Shown here: positions 48,606 through 60,680 of the stretch, in pieces | Position numbering within the stretch: position 1 is the stretch's first letter | Layout of the letters: the number at the start of each line of letters is the position of its first letter | DNA from: Octopus sinensis | Taxonomy: Eukaryota | Assembly: GCF_006345805.1 (NCBI RefSeq) | Contig: NC_043017.1 | Coordinates: 32,798,001-32,862,000 of the forward strand | Direction of reading: 5' to 3' | DNA length: 64,000 nucleotides | Position numbers and translations under genes: made by a program | The notes under the pieces: model-generated | The model's input: only the letters and a program-made list of their open reading frames with translations | What the model was told of the DNA's origin: nothing | The model's database searches: none

Positions 48606-49704
48606 AGGTATTACCCACTATTCTCATCTCCGTGGCCCCAGAAATTTGGACATGATATGCGGGCATTCATGCTAGAAGCTCCAATACAAACATTTCAGAG
48701 TGTTTGGGTGTCAATCTGAGGACAGTGCAAAGGATTCGTTAGGAGTTGGCTGAGCTTAATGGTGATTACGAAGGTACAGCAGCTCAGAAGCTTCACTCTG
48801 ATCATTCTGGTAAGAAAAGGACTCCTGAATTTGTTGGTGAGATCCAGGCAATGATTAACAACACTCCTTCCAAGTCAATCAGATCCATCACCAGAAACAT
48901 GGGAGTGTCTGAGTTTCTTATCAGGCGGGTAGTGCATGAAGTCATTCGGTAGTTAAGTTAAGTTAAGTTACGTTAATTTTTTGGCTCAAAAAGCAAAAAG
49001 CAAGGCCATGTAGGGGGACATGGAGTTATGTACAGGGTGGTGTTCATGCAAAGAGTTCAGGCCACTTGTGGTCAAGGGAGACTTTGAACCGAGCGGTCGT
49101 CGGCATCTTCACCATCTTGTCCGGCAGCTTATTCCACGGATCCGCAACCCGGACGGAGAAAGCCCCTCTCCTTCGATTGAGATGAAATCATCGCAGATAG
49201 AGCTTTTTGGAGTGACCCCGCAGCCGACATTCTGAAGCAGAGGTGAAGAACAGCTCTTTTGAGAGGTTACACTTTCCGCTCATACAAGATGAGAAAGGGC
49301 AAGTTTCTATCCCAAACCATCAAGAACAAGAGGAAAGACCATGCTACAAAGCTTTTGAAAAAACTCAAGCATCCCCTCCGACCAAACATGCTTCGGGTTT
49401 TCTCAGATGAGAAAACTTTCTGCCAGGATCAGATGGTGAACACACAGAACAACCATTGGCTTGCTGTGTCCCCAAAACATGTGCCGAGTGATAAAAAAAA
49501 TCAAACATCCAGTCAACATCATGGTGTTTGGAGTGATCACTAGCGATGGCAACGTTATGCCTCCATTCATCTTCCCACGTGGCCTCAGACTCCATGCGGA
49601 GGCTTATGTCAAATGCCTGGAGGAAGTAGTGCTACCCCGGGTCAAGAAGCTAGCTGCTGGAAGACTCTATGTCAGGCAGCAGGACTCTGCACCATGCCAC
49701 AACT
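48606..49704 (+). mobile_element. Tc1/mariner-superfamily (maT-like) transposase relic
   Basis: KRTPEFVGEIQAMI..KSIRSI; SYKMRKGKFLS; FSDEKTFCQDQMVNTQNNHW; KHPVNIMVFGVITSDG; QQDSAPCH; disrupted. Confidence 0.85.
48952..49272 (-). mobile_element. CR1-like LINE 3' end inserted into the maT relic
   Basis: Minus strand LFF...LRGHSKKL...RRGAFSVRVADPWNKLPD...FKVSLDHKW, followed by a (CTTAA)n tail. Confidence 0.8.
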
Positions 49705-50109
49705 GAACTCACAAACTCATGATTGTAAGTCTGACACCTTAACCACAGAGCCACGTACATATGCGTACGTATTTGTTGCTACAGAAAAACGAAGGAAATC
49801 AGTTTGGTGTACCTTTTTCTCTCTGCCAACTTCTCAAGTCTCTCGATTTCCTTTTTCTTTCACCTCTTCCCCTTGTATTTGCTGCTCATGTTTCTACAGT
49901 TGCTATTTATTTTTACAATGCCCTAATGCACTATTTAGTCAATTGGAAAGCTATTTAAATCAACATCTTCTAGAGAAATGTGTTAAGTAAGTCGTGCGGT
50001 CCCTATGGTCATTTAGAAATAAGCTACTTTCCAAACTTATTGTCAAATAAATCTTTTCCGCATTTAAACACTGTAATTGCATTTTCGATTGTCAATATAA
50101 TGGTGTTTC

Positions 50110-52345
50110 TGAGGTGGTGCTGGTGGTGGTGGTTGTGGTGGTGGTGGTTGTGGTGGTGGTGGTGGTGGTGGTGGTGGTGGTGGTGGTGGTGGTTGTGGTG
50201 GTGGTGGTTGATGGTAGTGCTAGTTATGGTGGACTGATAGTGTGGAGGTGTTGGTGGTGGTGGTTATTGTGGTGGTGGTGGTGGTGGTGGTTGTGGTGGT
50301 GGTGGTGGTGGTGATGGTTGCGATGATGGTTGATGGTAGCGCTAGTTATGGTGGACTGGTAGTGTGGAGGTGTTGGTGGCGGTGGTGGTTGTGGTGGTGG
50401 TTGTGGTGGTGGTGGTTGTGGTGGTGGTGGTTGTGGTGGTGGTGGTGGTGGTTGTGGTGGTGGTTGATGGTAGTGCTAGTTATGGTGGACTGGTAGTGTG
50501 TTGGTGTTGGTGGTGGTGGTGGGTGGTGGTGTGGTGGTGGTGGTGGTTGTGGTGGTGGTGGTTGTTGTGGTGGTGGTGGTGGTTGTGGTGGTGGTGGTGG
50601 TGGTTGATGGTAGTGCTAGTTATGGTGGACTGGTAGTGTGTTGGTGTTGGTGGTGGTGGTGGTAGTGGTTGTGGTGGTGGTGGTGGTTGTGGTGGTGGTG
50701 GTGGTGGTGTTGGTGGTGGTGGTGGTTGTGGTGGTGGTTGTGGTGGTGGTTGATGGTAGTGCTAGTTATGGTGGACTGGTAGTGTGTTGGTGTTGGTGGT
50801 GTTGGTGGTGGTGGTGGTTGTGGTGGTGGTTGTGGTGGTGGTTGATGGTAGTGCTAGTTATGGTGGACTGGTAGTGTGTTGGTGTTGGTGGTGGTGGTGG
50901 TAGTGGTTGTGGTGGTGGTGGTGGTTGTGGTGGTGGTGGTGGTGGTGGTGGTTGTGGTGGTGGTTGTGGTGGTGGTGATGGTAGTGCTAGTTATGGTGGA
51001 CTGGTAGTGTGTTGGTGTTGGTGGTGGTGGTGGTGGTGGTAGTGGTTGTGGTGGTGGTGGTGGTTGTGGTGGTGGTGGTGTTGGTGGGGTGGTGGTGGTG
51101 GTGGTGATGGTAGTGCTAGTTATGGTGGACTGGTAGTGTGTTGGTGTGGTGTGGTGGTAGTAGTAGTTGTGGTGGTGGTGGTTGGTGGTGGTGTGGTTGT
51201 GGTGGTGGTGGTGGTTGTGGTGGTGGTGTGGTGGTGTGGTGGTGTGGTGGGTGGTGTGTGGTGGTGGTGGTGGTGGTGGTTGCGGTGGTGGTTGATGGTA
51301 GCGCTAGTTATGGTAGACTGGTGTGTGGAGGTGTTGGTGTGGTGGTGGTGGTGGTTGTGGTAGTGGTGGTGGTGGTTGTGGTGGTGGTGGTGGTGGTGGT
51401 GGTGGTGGTTGTGGTGGTGGTTGATGGTGTGTGCTAGTTATGGTGGACTGGTAGTGGTTGGTGTGGTGGTGGTGGTGGTGGTGGTAGTGGTTGTGGTGGT
51501 GGTGGTGGTGTGGTGGTGGTGGTGGTGGTGGTGGTGGTGGTTGTGGTGGTGGTGGTGGTAGTGGTGGTTGTGGTGGTGGTGGTGGTTGTGGTGGTGGTTG
51601 TGGTGGTTGTGGTGGTAGTGGTGGTTGTGGTGGTGGTGGTGGTGGTGGTGGTGGTTGCGGTGGTGGTTGATGGTAGCGCTAGTTATGGTAGACTGGTAGT
51701 GTGGAGGTGTTGTGGTGGTGGTGGTGGTGGTGGTGTGGTGGTGGTGGTGGTGGTGGTTGTGGTGGTGGTTGTGGTGGTGGTTGATGTTAGTGCTAGTTAT
51801 GGTGACTGGTAGTGTGTTGGTGTGGTGGTGGTGGTGGTGGTGGTAGTGGTTGTGGTGGTGTGGTGGTTGTGGTGGTGGTGGTTGGTGGTGGTGGTGTTGT
51901 GGTGGGTTGATGGTAGTGCTAGTTATGGGGACTGGTAGTGTGTTGGTGTGGTGGTGGTGGTAGTAGTGTTGTGGTGGTGGTGGTGTGGTAGTGGTGGTTG
52001 GTGGTGGTGGTGGTGTGTGGTGGTGGTGTGGTGGTTGTGGTGGTAGTGGTGGTTGTGGTGGTGGTGTGGTGGTGGTGGTGGTTGCGGTGGTGGTGATGGT
52101 GGTAGTTGGTGTAGTTATGGTAGACTGGTAGTGTGGTGGTGTTGGTGGTGGTGGTGGTGGTGGTTGTGGTAGTGGTGGTGGTGGTTGTGGTGGTGTGGGG
52201 TTGTGGTAGTGGTGGTGGTGGTTGTGGTGGTGGTTGTGGTGGTGGTGTGGTAGTGCTAGTTATGGTGGACTGGTAGTGTGGAGGTGTTGGTGATGGTGGT
52301 TGTGGTGGTGGTGGTGGTGGTGGTGGTGGTGGTGGTGGTGGTGAT
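50110..52345. repeat. Complex minisatellite: (GGT/GTT)n tracts separated by a conserved ~35-bp motif
   Basis: GATGGTAGTGCTAGTTATGGTGGACTGGTAGTGTG recurs about 15 times. Confidence 0.9.
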
Positions 52346-52807
52346 GTGATGGTAGTAGGTGCAATGGTGATGATAATGTTGAAGATGCTTGTGGAAGTGA
52401 TGGAGATGGTGTTGATGCTGCTAGTACAGTCCCTTCCCCACAGGCAATAAAAAAGAAAGATAACGATGATAGTGATGATGATGAATGTGGCTGTGGTGTT
52501 GTTATGCAGGTGGCGGGAGAGGGTGATTGTTGTTGCTGGTGGCAATGTCGGGGTAGTGATGATGAAGAAGAGGAGGAGAATGATGATGATGATGCTGATG
52601 ATGACACTGGTGATAATGGTGATAGTTCTTTAACCCCGAGCCAAAACTGATTGAGTGAAACCTATAATCAAAGTTGTTCCAGCTGTGGCGATCCCACAGA
52701 TCTTTTCTAGATGCAGAACTACATCATGGAAAATGTTCATCTCTTGAAGATGCTGACATGTGATTTTCCAGGGATCTAGGCTGCTATGTCTAGGACTAGT
52801 AACAGAA

Positions 52808-53140
52808 TCATCATCATCATCATCATCATCATCGTTTAACGTCCGCTTCCCATGCTAGCATGGGTTGGACAATTTTTGACTGAGGTCTGGGGAAGCCAGG
52901 AGCTGCACCAGGCTCCAATCTTGATCTGGCAGAGTTTCTACAGCTGGATGCCCTTCCTAATGCCAACCACTCCGTGAGTGTAGTGGGTGCTTTTTACATG
53001 CCACCAGCACAGGGGCCAGTCAGGCGGTACTGGCAATGACCTTGCTTGAATCTTTTTACACATGCCACCAGCACAGGTGCCAGTAAGGTGACACTGGTAA
53101 CGATCACACTTGAATGATGCCCTTTTACGTGCCATATACA
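52808..53140 (-). mobile_element. Family C 3' end
   Basis: Consensus match. Confidence 0.85.
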
Positions 53141-53554
53141 AATAAATGCAGTGGGTTGGCAGAAATGGTAGGGAGTTGGATTCAATCCCCTGAAGTTACA
53201 TCGCTTTATGGTCTGAGTTCAAGTTCCAGCAATGCTTCCTTTGAATCTTGTCTTACCATTCTCTTTAAAATAAGCTCCAATCATTCACTCAATGATTTAA
53301 TCCAGTATTTGAATTTGTGATTCTTTATTCTTTATGGGGGTGGGTAACAAGTTTACTTCGCTATCAAATGATTGTGGGTTCAATCCTTGTGTGTGATATC
53401 ATTTTGGGTAACACTGTTCTGCAAAGTACTATGCAGAAGCCTGTTTGATATGTTTATATTTATATATATATTACACACACACAGATACACACACATATGC
53501 ACACGCACACAAACACATACACGCACACACAAACACATAATAAATCAATACATA

Positions 53555-53938
53555 TACTCTTTTACTTGTTTCAGTCATTTGACTGCAGCCATGCTGGAGC
53601 ACTGCCTTTAGTCAAGCAACTTGACCCCAGGACTTATTCTTTGTAAGCCCAGTATTCTATCGGTCTCTTTTACCGAACCGCTAAGTGACGGGGACATAAA
53701 CACACCAGCATCGGTTGTCGAGCAATGCTAGGGGGACAAACACAGACACACAAACACACACATATATATATATATATACATATATACGACGGGCTTCTTT
53801 CAGTTTCCGTCTACCAAATCCACTCACAAGGCTTTGGTCGGCCCGAGACTATAGTAGAAGACACTTGCCCAAGGTGCCATGCAGTGGGACTGAACCCGGA
53901 ACCATGTGGTATGTAAGCAAGCTACTTACCACACAGCC
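53555..53938 (-). mobile_element. SINE family A
   Basis: Full-length reverse copy. Confidence 0.9.
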
Positions 53939-53984
53939 TATATTAATATATATAAAAAATTTAATTCTGCATATAATTCCCATC

Positions 53985-55207
53985 CATATTGGTGACCTCC
54001 TTCCATCTACTCATCATATTTTTCATTCCATCGTTAAAAAAACTCTTTTGGTTTTGATGAAAAGAAGGAAGAGAGGTCAGTTTCGACTTCTTTGGGGCTT
54101 CTGAGTGCTAATCTATCTGAATGATTCTGTAAGCTTTGAAACAAATGGTAATCAGAAGGAGTGAGGTCTGGGTAATAAGGTATGAGGGGGATTTTTTCTC
54201 AGCCACGTTCTTCAATGCTTTCTGATATTTCCTTTGCAGTGTGGGGCCTTGCATTATCATGATGAAACACCACTCCCTTACACTTTGCCAAAATAGGCCT
54301 TTTTTTATTCACAGTTGCTTATAATTGTTGGCAATAGGTGTGAACAGTAATTGTTGCATTTGTGAATCACTCCAATGCAATCCTACCAAACAGAAAGAAG
54401 AACATTTTTTGCATGGAGGTCCCTTTTGAGTTGTGGTTTAGCCTGCTCTCCATTGCCTGTATTGCTTAACATTTTCATTAAAAAAATTCTGTGCGGTAAG
54501 TAGCTTGTTTACCAACCACATGGTTCTGGGTTCAGTCCCACTGCGTGGCACCTTGGCAAGTGTCTTCTACTATAGCCTCAGGCTGACCAAAGCTTTGTGA
54601 GTGGATTTGGTAGACGGAAACTGAAAGAAGCCCGTCGTATATATATATATATATATATATATATGCGTGTGTGTGTTTGTGTGTCTGTATTTGTCCCCCT
54701 AGCATTGCTTGACAACCGATGCTGGTGTGTTTATGTCCCTGTTACTTAGCAGTTCGGCAAAAGAGACTGATAAGATAAGTACTGGGCTTACAAAAGAATA
54801 AGTCCCGGGGTCGAGTTGCTCGATTAAAGGCGGTGCTCCAGCATGGCCACAGTCAAATGACTGAAACAAGTAAAAGAGTAAACATTAATCTGTCCCAAAA
54901 TGGTGAGGTACATTCATGAGAGTAAAGAGATGAGCAGATGTCCACTCTTGATTTTCGGTTGGTATCTGTCAAATCATGGGGAACTCATTTTCCAAGTTTG
55001 GGAACCTTTCCAAGCTGTTGAAGATGGCGGTGAATAGCTGAATGGCTTGAACTGAGCTTGCTTTCCAATTCTTTGACTGACACAGCATTATCCTTCTCAA
55101 GTTCTGACAAAAGAAGCTGATCATAAAATTCAACAGGGCATCCTGTTCGCGGCTTCTCTCTTAGGCCGAAATCATCATTTTTAAACTTGACAAACCATCT
55201 TCTGCAA
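53985..55207 (-). mobile_element. mariner transposase relic split by a SINE A (54490-54882)
   Basis: RWFVKFKNDDFGL..PRTGCP; LGKVPKLGK*VPHDL; VFHHDNARPHT; YYPDLTPSDYHLFQSL. Confidence 0.85.
54490..54882 (+). mobile_element. SINE family A
   Basis: Near full length. Confidence 0.9.
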
Positions 55208-56212
55208 CTTTCAAAAAGTATCTGATCTTATTTTTCCTGCTAATTCCATGTTGGCAAAATACTTTAAGTAGGAGGTGACACTACCCTTCCTGAGCAGACA
55301 TGAAAAGTTTCATGCTATTAGGCCACGTCAGTTCCCAACTGTTATGGTTTGAGTACAGACATGCAGTGCAAACTCGTTGGATTTTCATTCTCACCGAATG
55401 TATCAAGCAGAGATATTACATCAATTTTTCACAAAAGCTTAGTGATACTCAAGCTCAAACCATCCAGAAAATTCAGCAGGTGATGATGCCATAGGCAAAA
55501 CTCAGATAAAGGAACGGCACAACCTCTCTAAAAAATGGCCTCACCTCAGTGGAGAGCAAGGCATACTCAAGCAGGTTGTCCATAAGTCGAAACGAGAGAG
55601 CCAGTTGAGAAGGTTCGGTGAATAACCATGGAAGACCATTCTGTAACAATCCTGAATATTACTCATGAAGTAGGAATAAGTACAGTATGAGTACATTCCA
55701 TTTTACTGAATGGTTTGTGAAAATTTTTACACATGCAGGAGTGGCTAACCAACCACATGGTTCCGGGTTCAGTCCCACTGCGTGGCATCTTGGGCAAGTG
55801 TCTTCTGCTATAGCCTTGTGTCGACCAAAGCCTTGTGAGTGGATTTGATAGACGGAAACTGAAAGAAGCTTGTAGTATATATGTATATGTATGTATGTGT
55901 TTGTGTGTCTGTGTTTGTCCCCCTAGCATTGCTTGACAACCGATGCTGGTGTGTTTACATCCCTGTCACTTAGAGGTTTGGCAAAAGAGACCGATAGAAT
56001 AAGTACTAGGCTTACAAAGAATAAGTCCCGGGGTCGATTTGCTCAACTAAAGGCGGCGCTCCAGCATGGCCGCAGTCAAATGACTGAAACAAGTAAAAGA
56101 GTAAAAAGAGAGAGTATGCATAGAGATGGTGGCGTCATCTTCTGCCCAAAGGATTTTGACCATGTGGCATAAAGGTAAAATAAGGTTGGATACTTTTTGA
56201 ACACACTCCATA
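55208..56212 (+). mobile_element. Second, internally deleted mariner element carrying a SINE A (55735-56112)
   Basis: TIR remnants TCAAAAAGTATCTGA (55211) / GGATACTTTTTGAACACACTCCA-TA; peptide ECIKQRYYINFSQKLSDTQAQTIQKIQQV. Confidence 0.7.
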
Positions 56213-56769
56213 TATAAGTTTACTGCATTGTCATTGTTTAAGCATCCTTAATATCCACTAAAATGTCTTGGTTTACCAGGGTATATTTGATTCCAGAAAG
56301 GCCCTCTGACATAAATAAAGTTTATTTCGATTAGCTTATATTACTCTTAACCACATAGTTATCACCAATATTTTTAAAAATCTTTCCACGTAATCTCAAT
56401 TTTCAATTAACACATGATGTAATACTCTATAGAATAATGTTTCTATCTTCATTAGTATTGACTTTGTTAATACTAATGAATTTTACTTCTTGGTGCTATA
56501 TTTTGCACTTTACTGAAATTTAACAAAGCACTGATCATATTAATTGCAATTTTGTAAACATTATTCTGTGTCCATGTATTACACATGCAAGTGCTTCATG
56601 GATTTAAATTTATGCGTGCTGCCATCGCTAATTACTTCTGCACAAATGAGGCAACGATGGAGCCATTAAGTAATTATTTGAACTGCTAAAAACAACAGCT
56701 GAATTTCTCGCAAATCATTCTCTATTCTTTTATAAAAGAAAAGACATTGGATAATAATACAGTTCTAGA

Positions 56770-57274
56770 GACACTAGTGGCAAGAGAGGAAGAGGCCGAC
56801 CAAACACCCGCTGGCTTGACACCATCAAGAGTGATACCGGAATGGACATAGCCAATCTGAAAGAAGTGACCCAGGATAGAACTGACTGGAGGACACTGAT
56901 CCAACGAGTAACCGAGAGTCGACTTCGACTGAGTGGATAGATAGATAGATTATTATTATTATTATTATCAAGTTCTTAAGCAGATCAGGCCGAAAATGTC
57001 GCTAGAAGCTAGGATCACCAAGCATAGATTGGCATATTTTGGTCATATTATGCAGAGAAAATCCCTGGAGAAGGACATCATGCTCAGAATGGTCAGTGGC
57101 AAGAGAGGAAGAGGCTGACCAAGAACCCGCTGGCTTGACACCATCAAGAGTGATACCAGAATGGACATAGCCAATCTGAAAGAAGCGGCCCAGGATAGAA
57201 CTGACTGGAGGACACTGATCCAACGAGTGACCGAGAGTCGACTTCGACTGAGCAGATAGAGAGAGAGAGAGAGA
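56770..57274 (+). mobile_element. Two tandem RTE/BovB-like LINE 3' ends
   Basis: RLAYFGHIMQRKSLEKDIML..VSGKRGRG*PRTRWLDTIK...AAQDRTDWRTLIQRVTESRLRLS*; (GATA)n and (GA)n tails. Confidence 0.85.
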
Positions 57275-57366
57275 CACTTGTATGGGGGTGGGCATAACTA
57301 GAATGCATCTGATCATTCATTTTACTTGACCAGGCTGGGCTAGAATTAAACAAGAATGACATTTTA

Positions 57367-57765
57367 AGGCGGCGAGCTGGCAGAAATGTTAGCACACCGG
57401 GCGAAATGTTTAACAGTATTTTGTCTGCCGCTACGTTCTGAGTTCAAATTCTGCTGTGGTTGACTTTGCCTTTCATCCTTTCGGGGGTCTACACACTGGG
57501 GTCGATGTAATCGACTTAATCCCTTTGTCTGCCCTTGTTTTTTCCCCTCTGTATTTAGCCCCTTGTGGGTAATAAAGAAATAGGTATTTCGTCTGCCGTT
57601 ACGTTCTGAGTTCAAATTCTGCCAAGGTCGACTTTGCCTTTCATCCTTTCGGGGTCGATAAATTAAGTGTCAGTTACACACTGGGTCGATGTAATCGACT
57701 TAACCCCTTTGTCTGTCCTTGTTTTTCCCTTCTATGTTTAGCCCCCTGTGGGGAATAAATAAATA
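57367..57765 (+). mobile_element. Two tandem SINE family B copies
   Basis: Full copy 57367-57575, headless copy 57580-57765. Confidence 0.85.
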
Positions 57766-57954
57766 AGAATGACATCTGTACAATTCCCATGTATGCATGA
57801 GCCAAGTAACTTCTATGTGGTCACTTATGCTGCCAGAAATAACAACCAAATCTCCTTGTATCACCCCTGCCATACTAAAGAAGCAGACATTGGAAAACAT
57901 AGCCAGCAGAACATCAATTTTGAAAATTGAAAATAGAGAAGAGGGACAGAGACA

Positions 57955-58530
57955 TTAAGAGGCTTGCTTTGCAATCACATGTATTTGGGTTCAGTACCAA
58001 TGTGTGGCAACTTGAGCAGGTGTCTTCTATTATTGTCCTGGGGCCAATCAATGCCTTGTAAGTGGATTTGGCAGAAAGAAACTTATTGGAAGTCCATCGT
58101 GTGTGTGTGTGTATGTGTGTGTGTGGTGTGTGTGTGCGCGTGTGTACGTGCATGTGTGTATGTGTGTGTGTCCCACTCTTCACCACCAGGCTCCAATTGT
58201 CTGTTCTGGCATGGTTTCTATGGTTGGATGCCCTTCCTAATGTTAACCACTTTACAAAGTGTACTGAGTGCTTTGTTATGTAACACCAACATAGGTACTT
58301 TTTACATGCCACGTGCAGCAACATACACACACACATACATACACACACACATACATACACACACACACAATGAACTTCTTTTGATTTCTAACCACCAGAT
58401 TCACTCACAAGACTTTGATTGGCCCAGAATTATTACAGTAGATAGTTGCCCATGGTGTTGCACACTGGGACTGAACCGAAGACCACTTGATTGAGAAGCA
58501 AGCCTCTTACCCACACACTCATGTCTCTGT
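57955..58530. mobile_element. Old diverged SINE A(+) and A(-) halves with a family C fragment between them
   Basis: Degenerate consensus matches. Confidence 0.6.
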
Positions 58531-58774
58531 CTATTCTTGCAGTTTAAGTCATTCAGAGAACATCATTTTGCTTTCCCAAGATTTTGTGTTGAATTTTAAG
58601 GAAAAGATAGCAAGAGTAAAACGGAGAGAGTCTATTTATTCATTGCTCCAATAATTTTTGCTGTTGATTGAAGACAGGGTCATGCATGGTTGAACAAACC
58701 TGTAATCAAAGGTCTTCTTACACTGACACACATGTCTTTCATTTAGACAAAATATAAATTGAATTATATCATAT

Positions 58775-59315
58775 GTTGCCAGTGCCGCCCCGACAGGCAT
58801 CTGTGCCGGTGGCACGTAAAAAGCACCATCCAATCGTGGCCGTTTGCCAGCCTCACCTGGCCACCATGCCGGTGGCATGTAAAAAGCACCATCCGACCGT
58901 GGCCGTTTGCCAGCCTCGCCTGGCCCCCGTGCTGGTGGCACATAAAAAGCACCATCCGTTCGTGGCCGTTGCCAGCCTCGTCTGGCCCCCGTGCCGGTGG
59001 CACGTAAAAAGCACCATCCGATCGTGGCCGTTACCAGCCTCACCTGGCCCCCATGCCAGTGACACATAAAAAGCACCATCCAACCATGGCCGTTTGCCAG
59101 CCCCGTCTGGCACCTGTACTGGTGGCACATAAAAAGCACCCACTACACTCACGGAGTGGTTGGCATTAGGAAGGGCATCCAGCCATAGAAACATTGCTAG
59201 ATCAGACTGGGCCTGGTGCAGCCTTCTGGCCTCCCAGACCCCAGTTGAACCATCCAACCCATGCTAGCTTGGAAAGCAGAGGCTAAATGATGATGATGAT
59301 GATGATGATGATGTC
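58775..59315 (+). mobile_element. Family C 3' end with about 6 internal ~60-bp repeats
   Basis: Tandem GGTGGCACGTAAAAAGCACCATCC units; (GAT)n tail. Confidence 0.85.
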
Positions 59316-60267
59316 CTTCTCTTTTCTAGGATGGTAGAATGTAATGTGAAGAAAATTTGGCTGCTGTTTCTAGCAGGTCGAATAACTGCATAAGGGTTCA
59401 CTGATTAATTCCTTACAACAACAATAATGATTAGAATAGCTTTATAGTGAGTGTTTGAAATGGTGTTATGAAATCAGCGTATTGATGATGGACATAAATC
59501 AATCCCTCCTCACCGATATAGCAACACAGAATGCAGTTTAATTCTTTTCCTTTTCCCCTACCAAATAACTTGTGACCCACCCAACTACCCATCCACCCAC
59601 CACTACAGTGTAGGTGAAGGTCAAATCTGTTAACAACCATCGTTTCAGAATACCAGATAGCATCACGTTTCTTGCCACAGCCAGAGGTTAGTAAAACTGT
59701 TAAGAATAATCTTCTATCAGCACCTAATGATTGGAATGACTCCATTCAAACAGACATAAATTTTATTAATCAAAACAGGCTCTGTTTTCATAATCTTTAT
59801 TCAACAGAAATACTAAGAAAAATTATCCCATCTTAATAAAATTCAAATGTTTTGGAAATGATAAATGCTTCGGAGGCTACAATAATAGCAAGATGGTTCC
59901 AAATGTTATTTTGTTCCACATGAAAAGCTTCAGGCATTATCAAACATGATAACCATTTAAAATCAGGTCTGGCTGAATGTTCAGATGTTTCAAAATATGA
60001 ATCTATTAATTTAAAGATTGGTTTCTGTCCATTCTTCAACAGCAGCTATGTAGTTCTAGAGGGTGTATGTAAATGAGCTATGGAAGTGACTGGCCATGAA
60101 GGCATCAAACAATGTATACAGTAATGGCTATGTTGTGGTTTAGGCTGAGATTAACTCGGAGCTTATACACTTATGACCAAAGACATTCCAGCCATGATCA
60201 TCTCATCTGTAATTTTATGTAGAAAGTACTTTATGATCAAATGCACTTTCCTTAGTAAAAAATAATA

Positions 60268-60401
60268 GATTGGCGTTAGGAAGGGCATCCTGCTGTAGAA
60301 ACTCTGCCAGATCAAGATTGGAGCTTAGTGCAGCCATCTGGTTCGCCAGACCTCAGTCAAAATTGTCCAACCCATGCTAGCACGGAAAGCGGACGTTAAA
60401 C

Positions 60402-60455
<54 letters not shown>
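60268..60455 (+). mobile_element. Family C terminal fragment with a long (GAT)n tail
   Basis: TTGGCGTTAGGAAGGGCATCC...GGACGTTAAAC(GAT)n. Confidence 0.85.
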
Positions 60456-60456
<1 letters not shown>

Positions 60457-60680
60457 AGTGACAGAGACAGTATCTACAAAAAATATTTGTCCCCACTTTA
60501 AAGTGGATGTTCTGCAGGAGCACCTTGGGAGAACTTCTCATATTAGCTTTTTGGGGCAAAATACACTGTTTTTTATATCACTAGCATGGAGATAAACCCC
60601 CACCAGCTAAAACACTAAGGCCACCAGAACATGTGACTTTGACCTACGTTGGTTTTATGATAATGATAATCGAATTATTG

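Noticed and set aside
50110-52345. CRISPR-like repeat/spacer appearance
   Set aside because: The spacers are microsatellite of variable length, there are no cas genes, and the context is eukaryotic.
59833-60039. 68-aa minus-strand ORF in unique sequence
   Set aside because: Non-ATG start, no recognisable motif, and a length expected by chance.
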